Positions 19,712 to 29,507 of a DNA stretch of 64,000 nt are shown here, in pieces (positions within the stretch are counted from its first letter, which is position 1; each line of letters opens with the position of its first letter). Under the pieces are notes generated by a model. It was not told where the DNA came from. It ran no database searches and saw nothing but the letters and a program-made list of their open reading frames with translations. The stretch is from NCBI GenBank assembly GCA_965202665.1, contig OZ241841.1, positions 160,001 to 224,000 on the forward strand, read 5' to 3'. The position numbers and the translations under genes are program-made. The DNA comes from Candidatus Spongiisociaceae bacterium. Lineage in GTDB: Bacteria; Actinomycetota; Acidimicrobiia; Spongiisociales; Spongiisociaceae.

Positions 19712-20413
19712 TCACAGGCCGCTCAACCGGCCCAACGGCCATAGGCGCAGAAAAGCCCGTCCCACCACGTCGTCCAGCGGCACCGGACCGAACCGGCGGC
19801 TGTCGAAACTGTTGTTGCGGTTGTCCCCCATCACCCAAACGTGGCCCGCCGGTACGATCACCTCCCGCTGGTCGGCCATCGTGAAACCCGAATTCAAATA
19901 CGATTCTTGGACGGGCGTCCCGTTCACCATCACCCGGTTGCCGCGGATGCCCACCCGGTCGCCCTCCACCGCGATGACCCGTTTGATTAAATCTTGGATG
20001 TCGCTGGTGCTCAGGCCCAGTGCCTCCAGGATGTTGCGTCGCACCGTCTGGAAAAAGGTTTCCTCCCGGGGCAGGGCGGACGGATCTTTGAAAACAATCA
20101 CATCCCCCGGCCCCGGTTCGTCGAAGGTGAAGGCCACTTTGCTGACCAGCACCCGTTCGTTGGCCCCCAAAGTGGGGAACATGGACAGGGTGGGAATGTA
20201 GAAAGCCTGCAGGAAAAAAGTTTTGATGATGATCACCAGCGCCAAAGCGGTTATCACCACCATCGTCACTTCCCGCAAAAACCGCAGGCAGCCGAAGCGG
20301 AGGCCCATTTCCGTCAAATCCTCCGGCGGCCCGGTTTCGTCCCGGGCGGCCCGCCTCGGAGGAGCGGGGGGCGGATCCGAGGGGGGGATGTGGGAATGGT
20401 CGATTATGGACAT
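19712..20413 (-). CDS. lepB: Signal peptidase I
   Basis: FYIPTLSMFPTL (catalytic Ser), LIKRVIA (catalytic Lys), VMGDNRNNSFDSR. Follows rplS. Confidence 0.95.
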   Translation of the reverse strand: MSIIDHSHIPPSDPPPAPPRRAARDETGPPEDLTEMGLRFGCLRFLREVTMVVITALALVIIIKTFFLQAFYIPTLSMFPTLGANERVLVSKVAFTFDEPGPGDVIVFKDPSALPREETFFQTVRRNILEALGLSTSDIQDLIKRVIAVEGDRVGIRGNRVMVNGTPVQESYLNSGFTMADQREVIVPAGHVWVMGDNRNNSFDSRRFGPVPLDDVVGRAFLRLWPLGRLSGL

Positions 20414-20458
20414 CTTCGCGGGCTTTCCAGGACTTTCAGCCCGGCCGGGGAACGGGGA

Positions 20459-20800
20459 TCAGCGGCGCTCCTTGATGCGGGCCGCCCGCCCGGTCCTCTC
20501 CCGAAGATAGTACAGTTTGGCCCGGCGCACCGCCCCCCGCCGGGTCACCTCGATGCGGGAAATAATGGGAGCGTGCAACGGGAACACCCTTTCCACCCCG
20601 ATCCCGAAACTGATTTTGCGGACGGTGAAAGTTTCCGACAATCCCCCTCCGTCCCGGGCGATCACCACCCCTTCGAACACCTGCACCCGTTCCCGGCCGC
20701 CTTCCACCACCCGCACATGCACCCGCAAATTGTCGCCCGGACCGAATTCGGGTACGTCGTCGCGCAGGTGGGACCGCTCTACATGCTGGAGGTAGTTCAT
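20459..20800 (-). CDS. rplS: 50S ribosomal protein L19
   Basis: [39 protein letters not shown]. Confidence 0.98.
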   Translation of the reverse strand: MNYLQHVERSHLRDDVPEFGPGDNLRVHVRVVEGGRERVQVFEGVVIARDGGGLSETFTVRKISFGIGVERVFPLHAPIISRIEVTRRGAVRRAKLYYLRERTGRAARIKERR

Positions 20801-20974
20801 GGGAGTTCCTTAGGCTTGGGGTTTAGATTATTAGCTTAATAGTCGGGCTGATAGTCCAACGGACGCAGTCGTTCACCCCGCGAAGATGTTAGTTCATCGG
20901 GGACGGAACCCCCATACTACCCCGTCCGCCCGTTTATCCGCCAAATTTCCCGGCCGCGCCCCCGGTCGCCGAAC

Positions 20975-21649
20975 CTAGTCGGCGGACGGGAGCGGCAGGT
21001 CGGGGCGGCGGGCGGCGGTGCGCAACCGCCGTTGCTCCCTCCGCCAAGCGGCGATCCGGGCGTGGTCGCCGGACAGGAGAACTTCGGGAACCCGGCATCC
21101 CTCGAATTCGGCCGGGCGGGTGTACTGCGGCTCCTCCAGCAGGCCCTCCCGGAAGGATTCGGTGCGGACCGACTGCGGGTTGCCCAGCACCCCGGGCAAC
21201 AGGCGGGCCGCCCCTTCGATGACGGCCGCCGCGGCCGCCTCCCCCCCGGCCAGCACGAAGTCGCCCAACGAAACCTCTTCGTCTATGTAGCCTTGCGCGA
21301 ACCGCTCATCCACCCCCTCGTAACGTCCGCACACCAAAGTCAGGTTGCGGCTTTCGGCCCAATCATCCAGCGCCGCCTGGTCCAAAGGGCGGCCGGCGGG
21401 GGTGAGCAGCACCCGGCGGGAGTCCTCCCGTCCGGCCATGGCCGCCGCCAAAGGACCCGCCATCAGCACCATACCCGCCCCTCCTCCGAAAGGGGCGTCG
21501 TCCACCTGCCGGTGGGGGCCGACCCCGAACTCCCTCAGGTCGGCCAACTCCACCCGCAACGCCCCCGACCGGATCGCCTTGGCCGTCGCCCCCACCGCCA
21601 GCGGACCCTGGAAGAAAGCGGGGAAAAGGGTGACGACGCACACCCGCAT
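20975..21649 (-). CDS. trmD: tRNA (guanine-N1)-methyltransferase TrmD
   Basis: VDDAPFGGGAGMV, CGRYEGVDER, SLGDFVLAGGE, PQYTRP, VLLSGDH. Alternative start at 21718. Confidence 0.96.
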   Translation of the reverse strand: MRVCVVTLFPAFFQGPLAVGATAKAIRSGALRVELADLREFGVGPHRQVDDAPFGGGAGMVLMAGPLAAAMAGREDSRRVLLTPAGRPLDQAALDDWAESRNLTLVCGRYEGVDERFAQGYIDEEVSLGDFVLAGGEAAAAAVIEGAARLLPGVLGNPQSVRTESFREGLLEEPQYTRPAEFEGCRVPEVLLSGDHARIAAWRREQRRLRTAARRPDLPLPSAD

Positions 21650-21686
21650 AGGCTCCCCGCCCGCCGGGGGGGCGCCGGGGGCGGGA

Positions 21687-23624
21687 TCAGACGCGGGCCG
21701 GGACGGCGACCGGCTCATACAGGGTGTTGCGACGGCGGGGAATGCGCCCCAGGGAGAGAATCAACTCTTCGAAACGCCCCCCGTCCACTTCTTGGCCGTG
21801 GGAGGCCCCCGCCGCCCGGGAAATGGTTTCGTTCATCAAAGTGCCGCCCAAATCGTTGCATCCCGCCTCCAGCAACCGGGCGCCTCCCTCCAGCCCCAGT
21901 TTCACCCAGGAAGCCTGGATGTTGGGGATCAGCCCGTCGAAGGCCAGGCGGGCCGCGGCGTGCACCAGAACCACCTCGTCCCAGGTGGGACCGGGCCGGG
22001 CCCGGCCCCGCAGGTAGATGGGGGCGGCCATGTGCACGAACGGCAACGGCACGAACTCGGTGAAACCGCCGGTGCGGCGCTGTATTTCCCGCAACGTCTC
22101 AAAATGGTTGGCCCACGCCGCCGGATCGTCGATGTGGCCGAACATTATGGTGGCCGTGGAGCGCAGGCCCAGATCGTGGGCGGTGAGCATCACCTCCGCC
22201 CACTGGGCGGTGCGTATCTTGTCGGGGCACAAGTGCTTCCGCACCCGGTCGTCCAGAATTTCGGCCGCGGTGCCCGGCAAAGTGCCCAGCCCGGCCCCGG
22301 CCAGCATTTCCAGAAAAGCCCGCACCGGCATCCCCAGGGTTTCCGCCCCCTGCCACACTTCCAGCGGCGTGAACCCGTGCACGTGCATGTCGGGCGCGGC
22401 CCGTTTGATGGCCTCCAACACATCGACGTAGAACCTTCCGGTGAACTCGGGATGGATGCCCCCCTGCAGGCACACTTCGGTGGCCCCCCGCTCCGCCGCC
22501 TCCAAAGTGCGCTCCACCACCTCCTCCACGCTCATCAGATAAGGGTCGCCCCGCAGGTTGAGGCTGCGGGGGCCTTTGGAGAAGGCGCAGAACCCGCACC
22601 GGAAATAGCAGATGTTGGTGTAGTTGATGTTGCGGTTCACCACATAGGTGACCTCCTCCCCCACCCGCTGGGAGCGCAACCGGTCGGCCGCCCAGGCCAC
22701 CGCGTCCACATCCCGGCCGCGGGCGGACAGTAACCGGGCGACTTCGGCCGTCGACGGGGGCGTCCCCTGCAGGGAGTTCTCCAAAACGGCCCGCACCGGC
22801 CGGGAGGCATCCTCCAAGCCGCCTCCCTCCGCCCCGCTCCAAGCGGCGTCCGGCCAGGCGGCGGAGAAACGGCGCGGGTTGAGGGGGGGCGGCAGGGGGG
22901 CGCCGGGGGCCCAGGAATAGCGGGGGCGGGCGAACCCGGAGCCGTCCGCCTGGTCCAGGTAAACCTTGAACAGGGCGGGCGGCAACTCCCGCCGCGCCTC
23001 GTCCACCGGCAGGCCGGGGGGGAATGCGGTGCGTTCCTCCAACGCCAACGGCTCCGGCTCCGCGGCCAGGGCGTCCCGCAACTGGCCGATCCGCTCCGCG
23101 TCCCAGTCCCGCAACAGTAAATCGCCCGCACCGGCCCGCACCGCCGCCAAACCGTCCGGGACCGAATCGGCGAACACCGAAACCCGGGCCCGGATGGCGG
23201 GCAGTCCGGCCAGCTCCGCCGCCTCCGCCGCCCGGCTGCGGCCGGTGCGCAGAAAGGCGGCTTCAGCGCGGGCCAAAGCGTCGATGGCCGCCGCCCGATC
23301 CCCGCCGTGCGTCACCGAAAGGCGCCATCCGGGGACGCCTTGCTCCGACAATTCCACAGCGGCCGCGGGCGGGACCACCCAGGCGGCAACCTCCGTCTCC
23401 CCCCCGGCCGGGCCGTCCTTTCCCACCGGCAACACCCCTCCCGCCAGGCAGGCGTCGGCCGCCTCCGGGCCGGGCCGCTCCAGTTCCACGGCGGTGGTGC
23501 CCTCCGCCCGGCGGGTGCGGGCCCCCTCTTCGGTCATCTCCGCCGCGGGGCGCACCCGCAGAAAAGTTATTACCGTCCGTTGCGGGCCGTCGCCGGCGTC
23601 AGGTTGGAAAAAATTGGCCGTCAC
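21687..23624 (-). CDS. cofH: FO synthase subunit CofH with an approximately 270-aa N-terminal extension
   Basis: VTYVVNRNINYTNICYFRCGFC radical-SAM motif, EVCLQGGIHP, LPGTAAEILDD, NIQASWVKLG, NDLGGTLMNETISRAAGA. Confidence 0.92.
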   Translation of the reverse strand: MTANFFQPDAGDGPQRTVITFLRVRPAAEMTEEGARTRRAEGTTAVELERPGPEAADACLAGGVLPVGKDGPAGGETEVAAWVVPPAAAVELSEQGVPGWRLSVTHGGDRAAAIDALARAEAAFLRTGRSRAAEAAELAGLPAIRARVSVFADSVPDGLAAVRAGAGDLLLRDWDAERIGQLRDALAAEPEPLALEERTAFPPGLPVDEARRELPPALFKVYLDQADGSGFARPRYSWAPGAPLPPPLNPRRFSAAWPDAAWSGAEGGGLEDASRPVRAVLENSLQGTPPSTAEVARLLSARGRDVDAVAWAADRLRSQRVGEEVTYVVNRNINYTNICYFRCGFCAFSKGPRSLNLRGDPYLMSVEEVVERTLEAAERGATEVCLQGGIHPEFTGRFYVDVLEAIKRAAPDMHVHGFTPLEVWQGAETLGMPVRAFLEMLAGAGLGTLPGTAAEILDDRVRKHLCPDKIRTAQWAEVMLTAHDLGLRSTATIMFGHIDDPAAWANHFETLREIQRRTGGFTEFVPLPFVHMAAPIYLRGRARPGPTWDEVVLVHAAARLAFDGLIPNIQASWVKLGLEGGARLLEAGCNDLGGTLMNETISRAAGASHGQEVDGGRFEELILSLGRIPRRRNTLYEPVAVPARV

Positions 23625-24763
23625 GCGTACTCCCGTTCTCTCTCCCGCACCAGAGCGTAGCCGCGCCGGTCGCCGGCCCCCCTGACTTTATCCAGCAAGC
23701 CGGGGGCGATCCACTCCCCGGTCGCAAACTCGGGATAAACCGGCAACCGGGGGACCAACTCGAACCCGGCGGCGGCGGTGCGGGCGGCCAGCTCGTCCAG
23801 GTGCGGCCAGGGGGCCTCCGGGTTCACCCAGTCGATGGTCAAAGGGGACACCCCGCCCCAGTCGTTGATCCCCGCCTGCAGATACGACTCGTAACTTTCC
23901 GTCAGGTTGGGCGGAACCTGCAGGTTGACCTCCGGCCCCATTATCCAGCGGGCGGCCGCTACCGTCCGGGCGAACCAGGCCGGAACCGGTTCCGCGGCGC
24001 GGCGCATGCGGGTGTCGGCTTTGGCCCGGAAGTTCTGCACGATCACCTCCTGGATGTGCCCGTAGCGTCGGCTGAGGCCGCGCAGGGCCAGCAGGCTGTC
24101 CACGATCTCGGAGGGGGTTTCCCCGATGCCCACCAGAATACCGGTGGTGAAAGCCACCCGGGAACGGCCCGCCGCCTCCAAAACGGCCATCCTGGTGCGC
24201 GGGTCCTTGTCCGGGCATTCGAAGTGGGGCATGCCCGGCTCCATGAGACGCGGGGAAATGTTTTCCAGCATCATCCCCATGGAAACGTTGGTCGGGCGCA
24301 GGGCCAGCAGTTCCGGCTCGGACATCACCCCCGGGTTGGCGTGCGGAAAAAGGGCCGTCTCCTCCGCTATCAGCCGGGAAATGGCAACCACGTACTCCAT
24401 GGTGGTTTCGCATCCCCGCTCCGCTAAAAACTCCCGGGCCTGCGGCCAGCGCAGTTCGGGGCGGTCGCCCAAAGTGAGCAGGGCCTCGGTGCATCCGGCC
24501 GCCTCCCCCGCCCGGACGATGGACAGAACCTCCTCCGGGGTCAGAAACTGGCCGCCCGCCCCCGGCGGTTTGGCGAAGGTGCAGTAGGCGCAGGTGTCCC
24601 GGCACAGGGTGGTGAGCGGCACGAACACCTTCCGGCTGTAAGTGACGATGCGCCCTTTGCCCTGATCGCGCAAATCCCGGGCGCAACGGAAAAGGGGGGC
24701 GGGGTCGGCGGAGCCGTCTAAGTAGGCGACGGCCAAGTCGCGATCGACGGGGGGATGAGCCAT
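23621..24763 (-). CDS. cofG: FO synthase subunit CofG
   Basis: VTYSRKVFVPLTTLCRDTCAYCTF, HANPG, FTTGILVGIGET, QEVIVQNFRAK, NLQVPPNL, GINDWGGVSP.T.D.VNPEAPWP. Confidence 0.94.
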   Translation of the reverse strand: MAHPPVDRDLAVAYLDGSADPAPLFRCARDLRDQGKGRIVTYSRKVFVPLTTLCRDTCAYCTFAKPPGAGGQFLTPEEVLSIVRAGEAAGCTEALLTLGDRPELRWPQAREFLAERGCETTMEYVVAISRLIAEETALFPHANPGVMSEPELLALRPTNVSMGMMLENISPRLMEPGMPHFECPDKDPRTRMAVLEAAGRSRVAFTTGILVGIGETPSEIVDSLLALRGLSRRYGHIQEVIVQNFRAKADTRMRRAAEPVPAWFARTVAAARWIMGPEVNLQVPPNLTESYESYLQAGINDWGGVSPLTIDWVNPEAPWPHLDELAARTAAAGFELVPRLPVYPEFATGEWIAPGLLDKVRGAGDRRGYALVREREREYA

Positions 24764-24841
24764 TGCCCCCAAATATACCAGAGGGGGACGGCCGCCCGCC
24801 GGTCATAGGTCGCAGGTCATAGGGTCTTGTAAAATGACGAT

Positions 24842-25807
24842 ATGAAGATGACGCGGACGCGCAGATTATGGCTTGTGACGGCAACGGCGCGGCTGTTGAC
24901 CCTGTTGGCCCTTTTGACGACACTGGCCTGCGGACAGGAGGCCGCCGACCCCCCCGCCTCCGATGTCGCGCCAACCACCTCCGCCGCCCCCGCTACCTCC
25001 GCCGCCCCCGCACCCGCCACCGTTGCGACCTTGGCCGAGATTGCGACCACCGCCCAGGCCCCCCCGCCGCCGGTGTGCGGCGGACCGGGCGACGGGTTCG
25101 TCTCCGAAGGCTTGGTCGCCTGGCTGGGATCCGCCAACGGGGACGCCTCCCACGTTTCCGGCATTTTCCTGGAACAGGTGGAAGAATGCGAGCGGCTGCG
25201 GGTGACGTTGACCGCGGCCGGCGGAGCCCCGGCCACCGCCCTGCCGCTGGCGGAAGTGGAACTGATCCCCGAAGCCGGCCTGCTGCGGGCCCGTTTCGAC
25301 CCGGAAGTGTGGAGCACCTCCATCACTGACACCCTGCTGGAAGGGGAACTAGTGGAACGGGTGTACGTGGTGCGGGGCTTGGACGGACGCAAGTTCGTGG
25401 ACGTCCACCTGTCCGAAGGGGTGGACGCCCGGGCCATGGCCGGCGACGACCCTTCGCATGTGCTCATAGACTTCCGGCGCAACGACGCCCCGCTCGCCTC
25501 CCGGCCCGCCGTCTCCCGATTCACGGTGGTTACCGGCCCGACGGGGGGACGGGCCTCCTATCCCATCGCCGTGAACGGCTACTCCCGCACTTTTGAAGCC
25601 AACGTGGTCGGGTTCGTAACCCGCAACGGCGAAGACGGGGAAACCTACTTCACGTCCGCCGCCGACTACATAGCAACCTGGGGGGAGTTCCGACTGGCGG
25701 TGGAGGACGGACCCGCCGGGGAAGCGGTCCTGAACGTGGGCGACTACGACGCGGAAGACGGCGAATGGCAGGGGGTGGCGATCAACCTGACGGTTGGCAA
25801 TGGTTAA
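24842..25807 (+). CDS. Putative lipoprotein with AMIN-like and Gmad2 (Ig-like) domains
   Basis: Basic/hydrophobic signal peptide ending TLA-C, a Pro/Ala/Thr linker, and C-terminal GYSRTFEANV...WGEF resembling Gmad2. TAAAAT -10 box 6 nt before the ATG. Confidence 0.65.
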   Translation: MKMTRTRRLWLVTATARLLTLLALLTTLACGQEAADPPASDVAPTTSAAPATSAAPAPATVATLAEIATTAQAPPPPVCGGPGDGFVSEGLVAWLGSANGDASHVSGIFLEQVEECERLRVTLTAAGGAPATALPLAEVELIPEAGLLRARFDPEVWSTSITDTLLEGELVERVYVVRGLDGRKFVDVHLSEGVDARAMAGDDPSHVLIDFRRNDAPLASRPAVSRFTVVTGPTGGRASYPIAVNGYSRTFEANVVGFVTRNGEDGETYFTSAADYIATWGEFRLAVEDGPAGEAVLNVGDYDAEDGEWQGVAINLTVGNG

Positions 25808-25819
25808 ACCGGCGCCCCT

Positions 25820-26368
25820 TTAGCCGTCCGGGGAGGGGAACAACCCCGGGAAGTCCTCCATCCGCAGCCACCCCCCGGCCAGGTTTATCTCCGGTATCAG
25901 CGACTCCACGAACGGAACCTCCCCCACCGACCCGTCCCGGCGGGTTACCACCAGGCGGTCCTGGCGGCCCGTCACCATATCGGTGACCCGCCCGATTTCC
26001 TCCTCCCCCATCCGCACCGCCAACCCCACCAGGCTGTCCGGCCAGAACTCCCCCGGCCCCAGGGCCCGCCGCTCCTGCGGCCTGATCCACAATTCGCGTC
26101 CCATAAGGCGGGCCGCCGCCCGCCTGGTGGTCACCCCGGCGAAGGAAACTATCAGGCCTTTGGGACCGGGACGGGCGGTACGCAACACCAAGGTGGGGAA
26201 CTCCGGATGGTCGGTGTGGAAAGAAGCCGGAGGTTGGAAACGCTGCGGGAAGTCGGAGTCGGGGCGTACCGCCACCTCGCCGCCCGTCCCGTGCGGACGG
26301 CCGATGCGCCCCACCGCCACCCGCGCACGCCCCCCGTCCGCCGGCCCGGGGCGGCCGGTTTCAGTCAA
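25820..26368 (-). CDS. rimM: 16S rRNA processing protein RimM
   Basis: VGRIGRPHG..GEV, EFWPDSLVGL, VPFV. Located in the rpsP-khpA-rimM order. Confidence 0.93.
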   Translation of the reverse strand: MTETGRPGPADGGRARVAVGRIGRPHGTGGEVAVRPDSDFPQRFQPPASFHTDHPEFPTLVLRTARPGPKGLIVSFAGVTTRRAAARLMGRELWIRPQERRALGPGEFWPDSLVGLAVRMGEEEIGRVTDMVTGRQDRLVVTRRDGSVGEVPFVESLIPEINLAGGWLRMEDFPGLFPSPDG

Positions 26369-26609
26369 CGAAGTCGACCCGGGAGGTCAGTCCTTCCTCT
26401 TCGGCGGCCGCTTGGGCCACCGACCGGATGGCGCGGGCCACCCGGCCGCCGCGGCCTATCACCCGCCCCATCTCGGAGCGGGCCGTTCTCACCTCGGCCG
26501 CCACCTCGTCGGGGCCGCGGTCCACCATGGCGATCTCCACCGAATCGGCGTCGTCCACGATCTCCGTCACCACGTACCGGACCACCCGTTCCACTATTTC
26601 GCCGCTCAT
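26361..26609 (-). CDS. khpA: KH-domain RNA-binding protein KhpA
   Basis: [16 protein letters not shown] GxxG KH motif, between rpsP and rimM. Confidence 0.92.
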   Translation of the reverse strand: MSGEIVERVVRYVVTEIVDDADSVEIAMVDRGPDEVAAEVRTARSEMGRVIGRGGRVARAIRSVAQAAAEEEGLTSRVDFVD

Positions 26610-27274
26610 ATCGCTTTCTCTTCTTTCTCTTGTGTGTCTTTTACTTCTTGTGCGTCTTGCGTCTGTTCAGTCGGCTCGGCTGAAGCCTCCGGGGGGTCCT
26701 CCCCGACCGGCCGGGGAGCGGGCTCCCCGGCGTCAAAGGCCTCCTCCGCAACCTCGGTTTCCTCGGTTTCCTCTGCTTCTTTTGCTTCGTCCATCGGGGA
26801 GGGCTCCGGGGAATCCGCGGGCTCTGCGGGAACCTCCCCGCCAGCCTCCGGTTGCGTTTCCGACTGCTCCGCGGCGGGTTCTTCCCTGATTGCTTGGGTT
26901 TCCTGGGATTCCGCCTTGGTTTCCTCCTGGGATTCCACCGCCTCCTGCCCAACGGGCTTCTCCGCGGCGGGCGGGGCGGGCGGCGGGTCGTCGTCCAAGC
27001 GGTAGACGCCGCTGCGGGACACTTTGGCCCGGGCCACCGCCCCGGAAATCTCCAAGAGTTTCCTCACCCGGTCGGTGGGCTGGGCGCCGGTGGACAGCCA
27101 ATACTGCGCCCGCTCGTTGTCGATTTCCACCAGCGACGGCTCCTGCCGGGGGTCGTAACGGCCCAGCCGTTCAATGATGCGCCCGTCGCGGGGAGAGCGG
27201 GAGTCGGCCACCACCACCCGGTAGGTGGGTTGCTTCTTCTTGCCCATTCTTTTCAGGCGGATTTTGACCGCCAT
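26606..27274 (-). CDS. rpsP: 30S ribosomal protein S16 with long acidic C-terminal extension
   Basis: [32 protein letters not shown] and [12 protein letters not shown], followed by about 130 aa rich in E/A/P. Confidence 0.97.
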   Translation of the reverse strand: MAVKIRLKRMGKKKQPTYRVVVADSRSPRDGRIIERLGRYDPRQEPSLVEIDNERAQYWLSTGAQPTDRVRKLLEISGAVARAKVSRSGVYRLDDDPPPAPPAAEKPVGQEAVESQEETKAESQETQAIREEPAAEQSETQPEAGGEVPAEPADSPEPSPMDEAKEAEETEETEVAEEAFDAGEPAPRPVGEDPPEASAEPTEQTQDAQEVKDTQEKEEKAI

Positions 27275-27277
27275 GGA

Positions 27278-28720
27278 TCACCTCTTTTTCTTGTGCTGTT
27301 TTTTCGGGGTGCGGGGTTTGCCGCCCGTAGGACGCGCCTCCCGCCGCACCGCTGGCTGGCGCCGCCGTCCGCGGCCCAAAGGCCGGGGAAGGCCCCGCTC
27401 TTCTCCGGGCCAGCCGAAGTCGGGGGCTTCGTCCCCGATCACGGCGGGCAGCATTTTGCGCATTTTGTCAAACTGCCGCAACATGGCCGACACTTCCTGA
27501 ACCGAAGTTCCGGAGCCGGCGGCGATGCGGCGACGGCGGCTGCCGTCTATCAGTTTAGGGTTTTTTCGTTCGGACGGGGTCATGGAGAAGATGATGGCCT
27601 CCGTACGCCGCGACTCCCGCTCCGCCGCCTCCACATCCACCGACGCGGAATGCCTGCCCGGTAGCATACCAGCCAACTCGCTCAAAGAGCCCATTCGGCG
27701 CATGCCGTTGATCTGAAACAGGTAATCATCCAAAGTGAGTTCGGCCCGCATCACCCGCCCGGCGACTTGCTTGGCCCGATCCACCTCCACCGCCTGTTGC
27801 GCTTTTTCGATGATGCCCATAAAGTCCCCCATGCCCAGAATGCGGGAGGCCATCCGCTTGGGATGAAAGATTTCCAGGTCCGACGGGCGCTCCCCCACCC
27901 CGGCCAGTTTGATGGGCTTGCCGGTCGTTTCCCGCACCGAGATGGCGGCCCCGCCCCGGGCGTCCCCATCCAGTTTGGAGAGGAGCACCCCGGTGAAGGA
28001 GGCGTATTCCAGGAAACCGAGGGCGGTGCGCACCGCGTCCTGGCCGGTCATGGCGTCCAACACCAGCAACGTTTCCTGCGGATTGGCGACGGCGGCGATG
28101 CGGGACAACTCGTCCATCAGCGGACGGTCGACGGTCACGCGCCCGGCGGTGTCCACGATCATCACATCCAACCCGTTCGCATCGTCGGAGACATGGGCCA
28201 GGGCCCGTTTCACCAGCCGAACCGGGTCTTTAGCGGCGGCGGTGAAAACCGGCACCTCCATCTGCTCCCCCAGGCGGCGCAGTTGCTCCACCGCCGCCGG
28301 ACGTTGCAGATCGGCGGCCGCCAACAGCGGGCGGCGCCCCTGGTTGCGCAAGTACCAGGCCAACTTGGCGGCGGAGGTGGTTTTGCCGGAACCTTGCAGT
28401 CCGACCAGCATCATCACGGTCGGCCCCCGGCCGGCGAAAAGAAGGGGTTCGGCCTCCTCCCCCAGGGTGGTGGCCAGCGACTCGCTGACCAGTTTCACCA
28501 CTTGCATGCCGGGGGCGAGGCTTTTCATCACCTCCGACCCCACCGCCCGCTCCCGGATTCTCCCCAGCATCCCATCCGCCACCCCCGCTTCCACATCGGC
28601 TTCCAGCAGGGCGGTGCGGATGTCGGCCAAAGTCCGGTCCACTTCGGCGGCGGACAGCCGGCCCCGGCCCCGCAACCGGTTGAACACCCCTTCCATGCGG
28701 GCGGACAGGGTTTCGAACAT
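27278..28720 (-). CDS. ffh: Signal recognition particle protein Ffh
   Basis: GLQGSGKTT, DTAGR, DAMTGQDA, KLDGDARGGAA, M domain SMTPSER...SRRRRIAAGSG. Confidence 0.97.
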   Translation of the reverse strand: MFETLSARMEGVFNRLRGRGRLSAAEVDRTLADIRTALLEADVEAGVADGMLGRIRERAVGSEVMKSLAPGMQVVKLVSESLATTLGEEAEPLLFAGRGPTVMMLVGLQGSGKTTSAAKLAWYLRNQGRRPLLAAADLQRPAAVEQLRRLGEQMEVPVFTAAAKDPVRLVKRALAHVSDDANGLDVMIVDTAGRVTVDRPLMDELSRIAAVANPQETLLVLDAMTGQDAVRTALGFLEYASFTGVLLSKLDGDARGGAAISVRETTGKPIKLAGVGERPSDLEIFHPKRMASRILGMGDFMGIIEKAQQAVEVDRAKQVAGRVMRAELTLDDYLFQINGMRRMGSLSELAGMLPGRHSASVDVEAAERESRRTEAIIFSMTPSERKNPKLIDGSRRRRIAAGSGTSVQEVSAMLRQFDKMRKMLPAVIGDEAPDFGWPGEERGLPRPLGRGRRRQPAVRREARPTGGKPRTPKKQHKKKR

Positions 28721-28880
28721 CAGAGGGTCCTCCGTGGCGGGTACGCGGCGGTTACTTGGCATCCGAGGTTACCGCACCCCGCCGCCTATCGGAACGGCGC
28801 CCCCGGCGGGCGGGGACTCCGGTTAGCCGGTAAGGTAGGGGGGACAGCGGTCGGCAACCGGGACGGGACGGGTAACGGGT

Positions 28881-29507
28881 ATGGGAATGGGCATCAAGGT
28901 AGTGGAGCATCCCCTGGCGCGGCACTATCTGAGCATCCTGCGGGACGGGGACACCGGGGCGGAGCAGTTCCGGGAAACCACCCGCCGCCTGACCTATATG
29001 TTGCTGATGGAAGCCACCCGGGACATGCCTTTGGAGGAATACCGGGTGCGCACCCCCCTCTCCCCCGCCGCCGGCCACCGCCTGGCCCGCCCGGTGGCGG
29101 CGGTGGCCGTTTTGCGGGCCGGCCTGGGTCTGCTGGACGCGGTGCTGGACCTGCTCCCCAATCTGACGGTCGGCTACGCGGGCGTGCAACGGGACGAAGA
29201 AACGGCCCTGCCGCAGGAGTATTACACCAAGTTCCCCGACCTGTCCGAAGCCCGGGCCCTGGTGCTGGAGCCGATGCTGGCCACCGGGGGGTCGCTCTGC
29301 TGGGCGGTGGAGCGGATGAAAGAGGCCGGAGCCCGGGACATCGCCGCCCTGTGCGTGGTGGCGGCCCCGGAAGGAGCGGCCCGCTTTGAGGAGGCCCATC
29401 CGGATGTGCGGGTGGTGGCCGCCGCCTTGGACTCCCATCTGAACGACCAGTTTTACATCGTGCCCGGGTTGGGCGACATGGGCGACCGGCTGTTCGGAAC
29501 CCTGTGA
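28881..29507 (+). CDS. upp: Uracil phosphoribosyltransferase
   Basis: HPL, VLRAGLG, RDEET, PMLATGGS, YIVPGLGDMGDRLFGT. Confidence 0.97.
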   Translation: MGMGIKVVEHPLARHYLSILRDGDTGAEQFRETTRRLTYMLLMEATRDMPLEEYRVRTPLSPAAGHRLARPVAAVAVLRAGLGLLDAVLDLLPNLTVGYAGVQRDEETALPQEYYTKFPDLSEARALVLEPMLATGGSLCWAVERMKEAGARDIAALCVVAAPEGAARFEEAHPDVRVVAAALDSHLNDQFYIVPGLGDMGDRLFGTL

